Notes: a model not told the origin generated them from the letters alone. DNA of 64,000 nt from an uncultured delta proteobacterium (GCA_963771465.1 CAVYTU010000017.1:320001-384000), one strand, 5' to 3'. Shown: positions 27,736 through 38,604, counted from the first letter of the stretch. Translations and numbers: made by a program.

Positions 27736-29448
27736 TCAGTGTGACAAGCCGAAGGAGCTGATGTCTCCGCCCGAGAAAAATGTCCCGATGAGATTCCCGC
27801 GCGTGATCGGCAAATCTAGATGCGATGGATGCGCCTCGTCGTGATGAATCGTGATGCGCAACGGCCGCGGGCGGCGCAGGTGGTTGCGCGCCAGCGCTTG
27901 TAACGAGTTTGCCGCCGGCTCGTCGTCTGCGCCTTTAACACGCAGCGCGATGCGCTCGCCAGCTTGGAACAAGCGCGCCGTGGCGACGATGGTGAATTTT
28001 AGCTCGTAGATTTTTCCCGGCTCCAACGCCTCCCTCGACTCATGCGCTTGAATTGGCTGCCACGGTTTACTTTCCGCGCGCAATCGGCGCTGCGACGCGC
28101 GCAGCCAACCGCGCGTCAGTTCATGGTCTTTGCCTTCCTTGTCGATCAATAGCAGGGTCGCGAACAACAACGCGTCGGTATCGGTAACCGAAACATACAG
28201 CGTCAGCACGCTCGGGCCGAGCACTTCGGTGTTTTCCACCAGCGGCGGCGTTGTGTAAGTCAGCGCACCGTGCTCGAAGCTCGATTCGTCGAATGAGTCC
28301 GAGCCTTCGCCCGGCCACATCTCGTGCTCGCTCAGGATTCCATCTTTGTGCAGATAGAATGTCGTCCAGCGCGCTTCGGACGGCGGCCAGTCAGCTAGAT
28401 TTTTCCATTCGCCGGTGGGCGGGATGAAGCAGCGGATCGGCGGCTCATTCATAATTCCATTATCGATGCCCTTGAGCCAGTGATCGAACCAACGCAGCGC
28501 TTCATCTTGGTACTGATACACCGGACGATCGAGATAGATCGGCGGACCGATGACCATCTTCTTCGGTCCCTGCCACTCTCGCCACGCAGTGAACGCGCCC
28601 GGCAGATGCAGACCGTAGTTGCCCCAGCAGGCGCCGAGATACGCGGGAATTTTTCCATGCGAATCTCTCGCGCTGCGTTCGCGCCAGAATGGACCGTCGA
28701 AGGGGTGAAGCAGCATGTCGACGATCAACGCGTTGGTCCCGGCGCCGGGATTTTGCAGCGCTTCCCGTAATCCTGGCACCGCGGCAATTTCTTCGTCGCG
28801 GAGCGTTTGAGCGATGGCTTCTTTGTAAGCCGCTTCGCCATGTTGCTCTTTGAAGAGACTCCGATAATTGGGGAGGTGTAAACTGTTGCGCCAGTGGGTG
28901 ATAAATCCGTGGGCAAGAATCCCGCCGTGGTAACAGCGATGGCGATAGTCGTCGGTGCCGGCGAAGGGCGAGAAAATCGCCTTCAACGGCTTCGGTCCCG
29001 TTGCGGCGATAGCTTTGGCCAGCCGCGCGTAGTACGAAACGCCGAACATGCCGAGGTCGCCATTGCTCCACGGTTGCACTGCCAACCAGTCGACGAGATG
29101 GCAGCCGTCTTCCACTTCCAGTGGTCCCATGAGCTGGTAGAAACCCGTGGACTTGCCCGTGCCGCGTGAGTTGAATACCGCATGGACGTAACCGCGCCGG
29201 GCGAAAAAAGTCGAATCGCCGCTTTCCATGTAACCGCGCATCGGCGTGAAGCCTACGGGTCGCATCGGCGGTGATTGAAGGTCCTTGTTGTAGCCATGGA
29301 CGCCGAGGATCACCGGAAACCTTTCGTCCGACGCGGGACGATAAATGTCGCCGTCGAGCAAAGTGCCATCGGGCATGGGAACTTTGACATCACGATCGAC
29401 GATGACATCGTATTTGCGTTCCGAAGTGGACCACTGGCTGGTGAACAT
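27736..29448 (-). CDS. CocE/NonD family hydrolase
   Basis: VPMPDGTLL, RGTGKSTG, nucleophile GVSY, RWFDHWLKG and C-terminal PepX-like domain. Confidence 0.88.
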   Translation of the reverse strand: MFTSQWSTSERKYDVIVDRDVKVPMPDGTLLDGDIYRPASDERFPVILGVHGYNKDLQSPPMRPVGFTPMRGYMESGDSTFFARRGYVHAVFNSRGTGKSTGFYQLMGPLEVEDGCHLVDWLAVQPWSNGDLGMFGVSYYARLAKAIAATGPKPLKAIFSPFAGTDDYRHRCYHGGILAHGFITHWRNSLHLPNYRSLFKEQHGEAAYKEAIAQTLRDEEIAAVPGLREALQNPGAGTNALIVDMLLHPFDGPFWRERSARDSHGKIPAYLGACWGNYGLHLPGAFTAWREWQGPKKMVIGPPIYLDRPVYQYQDEALRWFDHWLKGIDNGIMNEPPIRCFIPPTGEWKNLADWPPSEARWTTFYLHKDGILSEHEMWPGEGSDSFDESSFEHGALTYTTPPLVENTEVLGPSVLTLYVSVTDTDALLFATLLLIDKEGKDHELTRGWLRASQRRLRAESKPWQPIQAHESREALEPGKIYELKFTIVATARLFQAGERIALRVKGADDEPAANSLQALARNHLRRPRPLRITIHHDEAHPSHLDLPITRGNLIGTFFSGGDISSFGLSH

Positions 29449-29598
29449 TAGAGTCTTCTTCCTTCGCCGAATGAGTTTTGACAACCCCATTAACCCAGGC
29501 GGGTTTGAAAGTCTAGGCAAGATTTGCGACCGAGCTTTGCTCTCACAGCCGGCTTAGAAAAACTTGTCAATTGCGCAACCCTGGCATATGGTCCGGCC

Positions 29599-29805
29599 AT
29601 GCGTTACGGGCTTTTTTACTTGCCGTCGTCGCTTCCGGCGAGCCGCGCCGAAGGCGCCGAGCGTTTTCGCACTCTCGTCGAGCAAGTCGCGTATGCCGAA
29701 GCAATAGGCTTCGAGTCCGTGTGGCTGGCTGAGCATCACTTTCATCCATTCGCCGGGATGTTTTCCGCGCCGGAATTGGAAGAGAAAGTTGTTGATGGTT
29801 TTTAA
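29599..29805 (+). pseudogene. Truncated LLM-class flavin monooxygenase N-terminus (68 aa)
   Basis: MRYGLF...AEAIGFESVWLAEHHF then an early stop, with no continuation before the next gene. Confidence 0.7.
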
Positions 29806-29880
29806 TTCGACTAGAAGTGTTATATGGACAGACAAATCATGGCCAAATTCTAACGAGACCAAACTTGACAGAGGTGACCC

Positions 29881-30648
29881 ATGGGCAAGTTGAGACATAT
29901 CGCGTTTATTTCAAAGGAGCCGAAGCTGCTCAGCGATTTCTATCAGAAGTATTTTGGCTTCGAGGAGTGCAAAGTGTTTCCCAGCGGCTCGCGCATGGTG
30001 ATCGATCCGCTGTTCAATCTGGCTTTCTTGCAACAAGCCGCGGTGACGGCGGCTGTTTCTGGAACCCACCGAACGGATGGCAGTGAAGCTGAGTTGACGG
30101 TAGGGATTCATCACTATGGTTTCATGGTGGATAACTTGGATACAGCGGTGGCCAAACTTCCCGCCGGTTTGACGCGCGGCGCGAATCCGCAAATCTCCGC
30201 CGGCGTTTCCGGTCCCGAAGCAGCGCGGCCCGCCGAAGTCCGTTTCATTGATCCCTGGGGCAACAACGTCGATCTGTCGTCGCGCGGCTATTTGGGTAGA
30301 GAAGAGAAAAAGCTCCCGGCTGTGCGACTGCTCGCGGTACAGGTGCCGAATCCGGATAAGGCCTGCGAATTCTACAAGCAACAATTCGAATTAAATACTG
30401 TTGACCGTGATGGAGAAGGCAACATCCGTTTGAGCGACGGAACTGTGACGCTGATGTTGACGAAGTCGCAAGTGCGTCCGAAAAATGGCGTGCAATACTT
30501 TGGCATCCAGGTCAGCGAGGTCGCCAGTCTCAAGAAGCGCTTGCAGGATGGTGGCGTGGCGATTTCCGAACCAGCACTGGGACAAGTTCAGTTTAACGAT
30601 CCGGAAGGTAATCGGGTGGTGGTGTCGGAAGGTGGGTGGGCGAATTGA
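29881..30648 (+). CDS. VOC/glyoxalase family protein, two domains
   Basis: LRHIAF, GIHHYGF, FIDPWGNNVDL and FNDPEGNRV motifs. Confidence 0.85.
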   Translation: MGKLRHIAFISKEPKLLSDFYQKYFGFEECKVFPSGSRMVIDPLFNLAFLQQAAVTAAVSGTHRTDGSEAELTVGIHHYGFMVDNLDTAVAKLPAGLTRGANPQISAGVSGPEAARPAEVRFIDPWGNNVDLSSRGYLGREEKKLPAVRLLAVQVPNPDKACEFYKQQFELNTVDRDGEGNIRLSDGTVTLMLTKSQVRPKNGVQYFGIQVSEVASLKKRLQDGGVAISEPALGQVQFNDPEGNRVVVSEGGWAN

Positions 30649-30797
30649 TTGGGGCTTGATGATACCAGCTACTTCCTTGGCTGCTTTCGTATCTCGCGAA
30701 GTGTGAAATATCCCGACAAACAGCAGTATTCGAGAAAAATCTACGATTCGACTGATCTAGCGCCTATCCGATCGTTTCTGCTGGCTATGAGGCTGAA

Positions 30798-31394
30798 CTA
30801 AGAATGCAGTCTCGCCCACGCAAGTGCCTCTTCTAAACGATCGTTGCCCCAAAATAATTCCTCGCCGATTAGAAAAGACGGCGCGCCAAAAATGCCGAGA
30901 CTTTTGGCCTTTTCGGTTTGTGCGCGGAGTAGCGCATTACTCTCCGCAGTTTGCGCTTGCTCAAGGACGAGTTGGCCGTCGAGACCGAGACCGTTAAGAC
31001 AGGCAACCACTACTTCGGGATCATAAATTTCTCGATCTTCCCCGAAATTGGCGTGGAAGACCGCCTTCGCGAAGCCGGCTATCCAGGGTTCGGAAGCAAA
31101 CCGGCAAGCCACCCGTGCTGCAAGCACGCCATTGCGGGGGAACATTGATGGACGCACGAAAGGAATAGAGAGAGCTGCACAAGTACGCTGTAAATCTCGC
31201 CACATATATTTTCCTTTTGCGGCGAATAGGTTGAAGGGAGAATCGTTCCAGCCTTGCTCGCGAAATAGCGGGCCGAGCAAAAATGCGTTCCAATCAACCG
31301 TAACTCCTGCCGCCTGAGCCAGCTTTTCGATGCGCATGGCGGCTGGGTACGAGTAAGTGCTTGCGAAGTCAAACCAAAATTCAAGCCGCGGCAT
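30798..31394 (-). CDS. 2-hydroxychromene-2-carboxylate isomerase / DsbA (GST kappa) family
   Basis: EFWFDFASTYSY and GIFGAPSF...ELFWGNDRL motifs. Confidence 0.9.
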   Translation of the reverse strand: MPRLEFWFDFASTYSYPAAMRIEKLAQAAGVTVDWNAFLLGPLFREQGWNDSPFNLFAAKGKYMWRDLQRTCAALSIPFVRPSMFPRNGVLAARVACRFASEPWIAGFAKAVFHANFGEDREIYDPEVVVACLNGLGLDGQLVLEQAQTAESNALLRAQTEKAKSLGIFGAPSFLIGEELFWGNDRLEEALAWARLHS

Positions 31395-31594
31395 AAGTTT
31401 GTGCTCCCGTATTAATCTGGCGAAGTCTCACACCGACAACCCTTCACTCTCACCCTCGCATCGATCTGAGCGCCTTTTAAGTTGGTGCTCCCTGCGATTG
31501 CCATTGGAGGCGGTGATTGCGCTCAGCTAATTCGACACGCGTTGATGGATTTGATCAGAGTGATTTCGCCATTCAGACATCCACGCGGTTAAAC

Positions 31595-33508
31595 CTATGG
31601 AGCTCCGACAAGCGCCCGCGCGATAAAGCCGCGCGCCACTTTGCTGCGCGGGACGCGGCCGGAGAACCAGGTTCGTACATCGGCGTCGAGACCGATGCCG
31701 TGCATGTAATTATATAGCGCCTTGTTAAGCGCGATGCCGAGAGCGTCGTGGTCGACGCCGGTGGAGTCGATGAACCTAACATCGTTTTTCGCGAATGAGA
31801 TTTTCGGCAAGGGTAGAAGTGTGACGCCGTATTGTTCTGGATTCTTTCCAACCGGTGAGTGGACGGTGCAGGTGAAGCGGTGAAAGAAGCCTGACTGAAT
31901 ACAGCCCGCTTCGAACAGTTGGCGGACACATTCGAGGGCGTCAACGGTATCTTGTACGGTTTGCGTGGGGAAGCCGTACATCAAATAAGCATGAACCAAG
32001 ATGCCGGCGTCGGAAAACGCGCGCGTCACTCTGGCGACTTGCTCCACCGTGACGCCCTTTTTCATCAGTTTAAGCAGGCGGTCGGAAGCGACTTCGAGCC
32101 CGCCGGAGATCGCGATGCAGCCACTGTCGGCTAGTTCCTGGCAGAGCGCCGGAGTGAACGACTTCTCGAAGCGAATATTGCCCCACCATGAGATCGCCAG
32201 ATTGCGTTTCTTGAGTTCGCCGGCGAGCGACCTCAGTGCTTTAGGCGGTGCGGCTTCGTCGACGAAATGAAATCCTGTCTGTTTGGTTTCGGCGATGATC
32301 GTTTCGATCCGGTCGACCAAGGTCTCAGCGGCGAGGCTATCGAAGCGCGAGATATAATCCAGACTGACGTCGCAAAAACTGCACTTCTTCCAGTAGCAAC
32401 CATGCGCGACGGTCAGCTTGTTCCATCGCCCGTCGGACCACAGGCGGTGCATGGGGTTGAGCATGTCGAGAAACGATAAATAGTTATTCAGTGGAAGTCC
32501 GTCCCACGTCGGCGTGCCGGCTTCGGCGAACGGCACGTCGGACTCATTGCCGTCGATGTAGCGGACCCCTGGTTTATCGGTACTGCGAACGAAGGTGCGA
32601 ACCAGACCGCTTTGCGGTCGCTTGCCTTGCAGGTGCTCAAGTAAGGCGAGGATCGGCCGCTCACCGTCATCCAAGGTCACGTAATCGAAAAAGTCGAACA
32701 CGCGCGGCTCGCTCAGCTCACGCAACTCGGTGTTCACAAAGCCGCCGCCGAACGCGGTGACGATGGATGAGTCGTGCGCCTTGATTGCCTGAGCGATGCG
32801 AAATGCGGCGTAAACCGATCCTGGGAACGGCACCGATAATAGGACGAGATTGGGCGTGTGGCGCGTCACGGCGTCGAGTGTCAGGTCACGCAGGGTATGG
32901 TCGACCAGGTTTAGCGGCGCCGCTAGCGCCTCGGCGAGAGGATCAAAGGTAGGTTGGCTTTGCGCGAGCGATTCGGCGTAGCGGACAAACTCAAAACGCG
33001 GATCGACTGCATGGCGCAAAACGTCGGCGATGTCATCAAGATAAAGCGTGGCCAGGTGGCGCGCGCGATCTTGCGCTCCGAGTGTACCGAACGCCCAGGC
33101 CAGCGGATCGTCGTTGCCGTCTTCGAGATAGAAATCGATGGGCTTGAAGCGCGGCCCTTCCGGAAGAAACTGCCGGCTGCAGATGCGATGCGCCAGAGTC
33201 GGGTCGCGCCCCTGCAAGAACGCTATGGTGGGTGTGATCGTCGAAAGATAGCGATCGAATTGGCGGTGAAACGCGTTGACGATTGGCGAGCGCTTGCGCT
33301 TCGGGATGTTCTCCATACACGTTCGAATCGATAACAGTCCCTCGGTGGAAAAAAGTTTTAAAACTAAGCCCAGCGCTAGATCTTCTTGCACTGCGTCGAC
33401 TTCGCGCGAGCGCAGGAAGCCGGTGAGGTAAGCCGTTGAAGGATACGGCGTGTTGAGCTGCGTCATTGGCGGGATGACTGAGAGGACGCGGAAAGGATGG
33501 GCTAGCAT
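31595..33508 (-). CDS. B12-binding domain radical SAM protein
   Basis: CYWKKCSFC cluster motif; N-terminal PPMTQLNTPYP; HFVDEA; YLMYGFP. Confidence 0.9.
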   Translation of the reverse strand: MLAHPFRVLSVIPPMTQLNTPYPSTAYLTGFLRSREVDAVQEDLALGLVLKLFSTEGLLSIRTCMENIPKRKRSPIVNAFHRQFDRYLSTITPTIAFLQGRDPTLAHRICSRQFLPEGPRFKPIDFYLEDGNDDPLAWAFGTLGAQDRARHLATLYLDDIADVLRHAVDPRFEFVRYAESLAQSQPTFDPLAEALAAPLNLVDHTLRDLTLDAVTRHTPNLVLLSVPFPGSVYAAFRIAQAIKAHDSSIVTAFGGGFVNTELRELSEPRVFDFFDYVTLDDGERPILALLEHLQGKRPQSGLVRTFVRSTDKPGVRYIDGNESDVPFAEAGTPTWDGLPLNNYLSFLDMLNPMHRLWSDGRWNKLTVAHGCYWKKCSFCDVSLDYISRFDSLAAETLVDRIETIIAETKQTGFHFVDEAAPPKALRSLAGELKKRNLAISWWGNIRFEKSFTPALCQELADSGCIAISGGLEVASDRLLKLMKKGVTVEQVARVTRAFSDAGILVHAYLMYGFPTQTVQDTVDALECVRQLFEAGCIQSGFFHRFTCTVHSPVGKNPEQYGVTLLPLPKISFAKNDVRFIDSTGVDHDALGIALNKALYNYMHGIGLDADVRTWFSGRVPRSKVARGFIARALVGAP

Positions 33509-33619
33509 GGCAGGCTTTGGGCGGAGGACTCAGAAACCACGGTTGATCAAGACCGGTCCACAGGATCCAAAATGTGCGATGCCACTAACTTCCGGAAGCC
33601 AAAGCATAGCGGTGTCGCG

Positions 33620-34045
33620 TTAGCGTTCCTTGCTGCGCGGGTTAGCTCGAGTGCGCTCATATTTCCGACGAAGCTTAAGGTAGCGAGACTTGACCCACTT
33701 GAACTCTTGACGTTCATTTCGTTCGCTGTGCTTTGGCTCAGCTGCAATTAAGTGGTTCGGCGGATCTGCGACCCTGGCGCGAAGTACGCGGATCAAAACT
33801 TCATCGCCAACCGTCAACTTTTTCATCTCCTCCCAGCGAACATGCTCGTTAGGAATTCCCCCCTGCCTGCCTGTGAGCCCTCCCACACTCAAGCGAATGT
33901 CATAACCTCTTGGCTGCGACTTGGTTCCTGAGGCCGTGCGTCCTAGTTTGCCAACGGCGGTTACCATTCCAGTAAGTACGTTGAGATCGTCGGCTCCCGC
34001 TACAGCGATTCTGTCACCATTCAGCACAACCTCGAGTGCCAGCAT
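33620..34045 (-). CDS. Hypothetical protein
   Basis: 141-aa ORF with AGGAG RBS and beta-rich composition; fills the gap between co-oriented genes. Confidence 0.65.
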   Translation of the reverse strand: MLALEVVLNGDRIAVAGADDLNVLTGMVTAVGKLGRTASGTKSQPRGYDIRLSVGGLTGRQGGIPNEHVRWEEMKKLTVGDEVLIRVLRARVADPPNHLIAAEPKHSERNERQEFKWVKSRYLKLRRKYERTRANPRSKER

Positions 34046-34095
34046 TTGTAAACTCCTAGAGCGAAGTCAGTTTTTCTACGTCCACCGGAAAATAC

Positions 34096-35073
34096 TCAGC
34101 GCAGCCCCAACTCTTTCTGCACTTCTCTCAGCACTGTAAAGTCCGTAACCTCACTTAGCGCCACCTCGCGGATGACTTTCACATCTCGCTTCGCTTGATC
34201 GATCAGTATCTTCAATCCGTCGTCAGGGATGCCGCCGTCGGGGCTGATGATTTTTACGGTGGCATCGTAGGACGCGTAGGCGTGTTCTGGTTTTCCTTTG
34301 CCCCAGGCGATCAGGGTCTTGACGGACTCTTCGCGATTCTCGCGCATGAAGCGGTTGGCTCTGACTAAGGACTTGATCACCCGTTTCACTTGGGCGCGAT
34401 TGGTTTGCAGCGATTTTTGATTCACACCGACGCCGGCGAGGGGATAGTTCACATGCTCATGGGCGCGCGTCAGGATGTTGAAGCCGAGCTTTTTACCTTC
34501 GAAATCCCACGGCGGTGAAGTGACGACCATGTCGGCGAGATTTTGTTGCAAGGCGGTGAAGCGGCCGGAGTCGGAGCCGAGTGCGATGAACTGAACGTCT
34601 TTATCTGGGTCGATGCTTTGCTTTGCGAGAATCGTTCGCGCGAGGACGTGAGTAGCGTCGCCAAAGCCGGCGAGGCCGATCCTTTTACCGGAAAGTTCCT
34701 TGATGGTTTTGATTTCTGGCCGTGAGAGGAAAACGTGGGCGGAGCTGCTCATTAGCCCGGCGACGATGCGGACGGGGAGGCCGCGAATCGCGGCGCGGAT
34801 CACCGAGCCAGTGAGCAGCGTGTAGTCGATATCGCCATTTGACAGCGCGGCGAGTGATGCCGGCGCGCTCATGACGACGATGTCGGCATCCAATCCTTCG
34901 TCTTTGAAGAAGCCCTTGTGCTGGGCCACGCCGGCGGCGAGAAAGATCATGTTGTAACTGCCCGAGACTGACATGCGGATCTTCTCGGCGGCGCGTGTGT
35001 GTGGTGTTAGCGCCAACGTCAAAATCGCGAGCACAAATATCCGGGCGGTAGCGATCATAGTGATTGCCGTCAT
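34096..35073 (-). CDS. ABC transporter substrate-binding protein (NitT/TauT/SsuA type)
   Basis: Signal peptide; KGFFKDEGLD and ELSGKRIG motifs. Confidence 0.88.
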   Translation of the reverse strand: MTAITMIATARIFVLAILTLALTPHTRAAEKIRMSVSGSYNMIFLAAGVAQHKGFFKDEGLDADIVVMSAPASLAALSNGDIDYTLLTGSVIRAAIRGLPVRIVAGLMSSSAHVFLSRPEIKTIKELSGKRIGLAGFGDATHVLARTILAKQSIDPDKDVQFIALGSDSGRFTALQQNLADMVVTSPPWDFEGKKLGFNILTRAHEHVNYPLAGVGVNQKSLQTNRAQVKRVIKSLVRANRFMRENREESVKTLIAWGKGKPEHAYASYDATVKIISPDGGIPDDGLKILIDQAKRDVKVIREVALSEVTDFTVLREVQKELGLR

Positions 35074-35224
35074 AACCGCCTCGCTAGCGGACTGTCAACA
35101 CTACAAACGGCGTCGGCTCTGATTGCAATCACGAATCTCAACGCGATCGACGATCGCGAATCTGCGCTTGACCTGTTCGGCGCCTCCGGTGTAGTTGTGG
35201 CGAGGTCGTGAAAGGAGAGACACT

Positions 35225-35599
35225 ATGCGTGTGCTTAAAATCAACGAACTTAAGGAAACGCCAATGGACACGGCGACACCGATTGCCGGTTGGACCGGTG
35301 GGTCGGTGAGCCGAACGCGGCAAACGGTGATCGGCGACGGGCAGTCGGATAATTTTCGCTCCAGCGTGGTGAACTTCCGCGTCGGCGCGACCACAGGATG
35401 GCATGTGCACGACTGCGATCAGATTCTTGTGGTGACGGCAGGCAAGGGGCTCGCCGCCACGGAGACCGAACAGCGCGAGATTAGCGTGGGCGATATCGTG
35501 CATATCAAAGCTGGTGAACGGCACTGGCATGGCGCGTCGGCAGATTCGCCGATGTCGCATATCACGGTGACGACCGCCGGCGGGCAGATCAAGCGCTAG
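35225..35599 (+). CDS. Cupin domain protein
   Basis: WHVHDCDQILVV and GERHWHGA cupin motifs; AGGAG RBS. Confidence 0.88.
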   Translation: MRVLKINELKETPMDTATPIAGWTGGSVSRTRQTVIGDGQSDNFRSSVVNFRVGATTGWHVHDCDQILVVTAGKGLAATETEQREISVGDIVHIKAGERHWHGASADSPMSHITVTTAGGQIKR

Positions 35600-35737
35600 A
35601 TTTGGGAAGAATGGTTGCGGCGGAGGCGCGGCGGACGCTGAGGTGGAAATTTTTGAAAGAGAAATTTCCGAACCCGGTGTTCTCAGCGTCGCCGCGGTGT
35701 AGTCTACTTCGGCGGAGAGCAAGAAGTACGCGCGGAA

Positions 35738-35857
35738 TCACACCTCGACGCGAAGAAGGCATGACTGATCCGGTCCCGGCCGAGATGGTGCACCGATCCA
35801 TCCGACCGAGACCGTGATATGCGTGGCGAGGAGAATCTTGCGAATCTTGGAATTCAT
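35738..35857 (-). pseudogene. N-terminal remnant of a DUF2269-like membrane protein
   Basis: MNSKIRKILLATHITVSVGWIGA then unrelated sequence and a stop; family match from recall only. Confidence 0.4.
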
Positions 35858-35957
35858 CAGGATGCTGGCTAAAACACCCGCGCTCAGCCGCGCCGGCTGC
35901 GGCGCGCCAGCGACGCGTGCAGAGCCCCCTTTGGTTGCGCGCGAAAGGAACTCCACG

Positions 35958-36204
35958 TCATTTCTTTCGCGCGCTCTTTCGCTTTGGAGCCGAGCCCTTC
36001 GGCTTCATGACTGTAACTTTGACGACGCGGCCGTCATTGGCGTAGGTCATCCACTCGCCAACCTGTTGCCGTTCGCGAAGCTGCCCGACCGCATCCGCGA
36101 TCCGTCCTTGCGATACCACCGCGAAGTTGACCTCGCGCCCAAATGATACCGTCTTTGTGGTAATGGATGTGGTTACCGCTCTTCTTGGTAGTGTTCGCTG
36201 GCAT
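35958..36204 (-). pseudogene. Decayed small MORN-variant-repeat protein
   Basis: Segments HYHKDGIIWARGQ / WYRKDGSRMRSGSFANG / QQVGEWMTYANDGRVVKVT lie across frame changes. Confidence 0.55.
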
Positions 36205-36562
36205 AGTCGCCCTCGTGCGTGATGTGGGGCCGGGGCGGCGTTTCGGCAGCAAATAACGCCTTCTCCAAGATGAACCGAACCGTTTCAGCGAACGCTTCGT
36301 AGATCGAAAAAATACTTCTTCTCATAGTCGTCAAGATTCATGACCTTGGGGTCTCACTTCCATCATTGAACCACTCTCATTCTCACGACTGGGGAATGCT
36401 CGTGCAGCTAAACTAATGCGGCGCGAATTGTGCCTTGAGCGCCGACCGGTTCGCATGACCGTCTGCGGTCAGGCAAGCTATTAATTCAACCGCTGTAGAT
36501 AACGACAAATGCCGGCGGGTTATCTCGGCGACAGGTTCGAAAACTAATGCCCAAATCAATTG

Positions 36563-36588
36563 CAATATCGGAAACCTGCCCGATATTG
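36563..36588. promoter_or_regulatory. Inverted repeat upstream of the LLM gene (candidate operator)
   Basis: CAATATCGG-N8-CCGATATTG perfect 9-bp arms. Confidence 0.35.
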
Positions 36589-36750
36589 TCAACGCTTGCC
36601 TTTGCCGACAAAAGCCGTTCAGCACGACGGGTAATCTCCCTAACGAGTGGCGGTTTATCTCGCCACATTGCCGAAAATCAACCTGCTGCGTGAATGCACT
36701 TGCTCCCTGGGCTGGTTCCGCAGTACAGATCATTGAAAAGGACTGGGACT

Positions 36751-37894
36751 ATGAAGTTTTCCTTATTCATGATGCCGCTGCATCATCCGACGGAAAATCC
36801 GTCTTTGGCATTCGACCGCGACATCTCGCTAATTCACCTCGCCGACGAACTTGGCTATGACGAGTTCTTTATCGGTGAGCATCACTCCGGCGGTTGGGAG
36901 ACGATGCCAGCGCCGGAGATGGCGTTGGCTAAGGCCTCGGCTCAGGCGCATCGCATTCGCCTCGGCACCTCGGTAATCAGCGCGCCGTTTCATCATCCCT
37001 TTTACGTCGCTGAGCGGATGGCGTTTCTCGATCATCTGACGCGTGGGCGAGCGATACTCGGCGTCGGCCCTTGCGCTTTGGTTACGGACAAGGTTCTTTT
37101 CGGCCTGCCCAACGAAAAACTCTATCCGATGATGGCTGAGTCGGTGGATATCATCGTGCGACTGCTCGAATCGCCGGAGCCGATCGATTACGACGGGCAA
37201 TATTGGAAATTCAAACAAATGCGCTTGCAGCTGCGCTCGTTCCAGCAGCCGCGCATGCAGCTGGCGATCGCGTCGTCGGGAAACCCCATCAGCCTTGAGC
37301 TGGCCGGCAAGTACGGCATGCTGTTCTTATCGCCGGCGGGGAAGAATGTCCGGAACAACCAGACCAAAGCCGAGCAATGGCAGAAGGTCGAATCCATCGC
37401 CGCCACGCATGGTACCGCGACCTCGCGCGATAACTGGCGCATCGCTAGCTGCGTTTATTTGGCCGACAGCAAGGAAGAAGCGTGGCGCGATGTCGAGGCG
37501 AGCATCGGTCGCGACATGGAATATTTCGCCGCCATCGGATTGAAAGCGCCTTACGAGTCCTATCCAGGGCAACCGTTCAGCGAAATCACCGCGCGCTCCG
37601 GCGCCGACCGGCGCGACTGGATCATCGGTACGCCCGACGACGCGATCAAACAGATCGAACGCATGCAGCAAGAGACCGGTGGCTTCGGCGGTTTATTGTT
37701 GAGCACTCACGAGTGGACCGGGCACCGAGAAAATCCGCCGCTCTTACGAGTTGTTCGCGCGCTACGTCATGCCGCACTTTCGCGGTCACACTGCCGGCTA
37801 TCAAGACGAGTGGCGGCGGATTCAAGATGCGCAGTCGAACGGCGGCGTAAAACTCGATGGCATTGGCACGGCCAGCAACCTGGCGACGAAGTAA
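36751..37894 (+). CDS. LLM-class flavin-dependent oxidoreductase, +1 frameshift at the G run near 37720
   Basis: MKFSLFMMPLH, GEHHS, RIRLGT, LDHLTRGR. Removing one G restores HEWTGTEKIRRSYELFARYVMPHF...NLATK* (TAA 37892-37894). Confidence 0.85.
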
Positions 37895-37905
37895 AAGTGG
37901 TGCAT

Positions 37906-38604
37906 ATGACGGCTGATTGGGAAAGCGCGATTGCCGCCCGCGTCCATGCGACGATGGCCGCGCCGGAGATGGAACGATACTTCTCGGTCAAGATGACGCC
38001 GGCGCGGGCGCGCGTGGCGTTGTTGCAATTAAGCCTCTTTGTCAGCTGCCGGCGCGACGGCTGGGCCAATCTGATCGCCAACTGCGACGCGCCACCGATG
38101 CGTCAACGCTTGATGGAACATGAATATGACGAGCTGGTGGAAGACGAGTACAGTTCCAAAGGCCATTACGACCTGCTGATTCGCCAAGGCGCCATGATCG
38201 GACTGAGTGCCAACGATTTCGCCAAGGCCAAGCCGCTGCGCACCAGCATGGCGACGTTTTACGGCTGGAAATGGATTACTCGTGCGGGAGTTTGGCAAGA
38301 CGGGCTGATTGCGATGATGGCGACCGAGTGGGTCAACGACGACCGTCGACTGATGGATCAAGGCGGTGGGCTTTCGCGGCGCGATGGGCTGCGTTGGATA
38401 CGCGACTTTGGCTACAAATGGGAAGACATGCCGAACTTCGCCGCCCACGCCGTGGCCGACGAGAAGCATAGCGATCTATTTGTGCCGTTGTTGGATAAGT
38501 TTATTTTGAATCGCGCCAGCGCGCTCCAAGCGGCCGACGACGCCCTGGAGTTATTCAAGCTCTATCATTTAGGTGTGGCGGAGGAGATGGCGAAGTCGGA
38601 TTAA
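37906..38604 (+). CDS. Heme-oxygenase-like (PqqC/CADD-type) iron-containing redox enzyme
   Basis: Candidate metal ligands HEYDE...KGH, ATE and HAVADEKH; ATG 11 nt after the corrected LLM stop. Confidence 0.75.
   Translation: MTADWESAIAARVHATMAAPEMERYFSVKMTPARARVALLQLSLFVSCRRDGWANLIANCDAPPMRQRLMEHEYDELVEDEYSSKGHYDLLIRQGAMIGLSANDFAKAKPLRTSMATFYGWKWITRAGVWQDGLIAMMATEWVNDDRRLMDQGGGLSRRDGLRWIRDFGYKWEDMPNFAAHAVADEKHSDLFVPLLDKFILNRASALQAADDALELFKLYHLGVAEEMAKSD

Noticed and set aside
36694-38604. 636-aa ORF that looks like a novel LLM plus heme-oxygenase-like fusion
   Set aside because: The normal LLM C-terminus (SYELFARYVMPHF...) is in another frame after an extra G near 37720, with its own stop at 37894 and a fresh ATG at 37906. 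The fusion is most likely a frameshift artefact.
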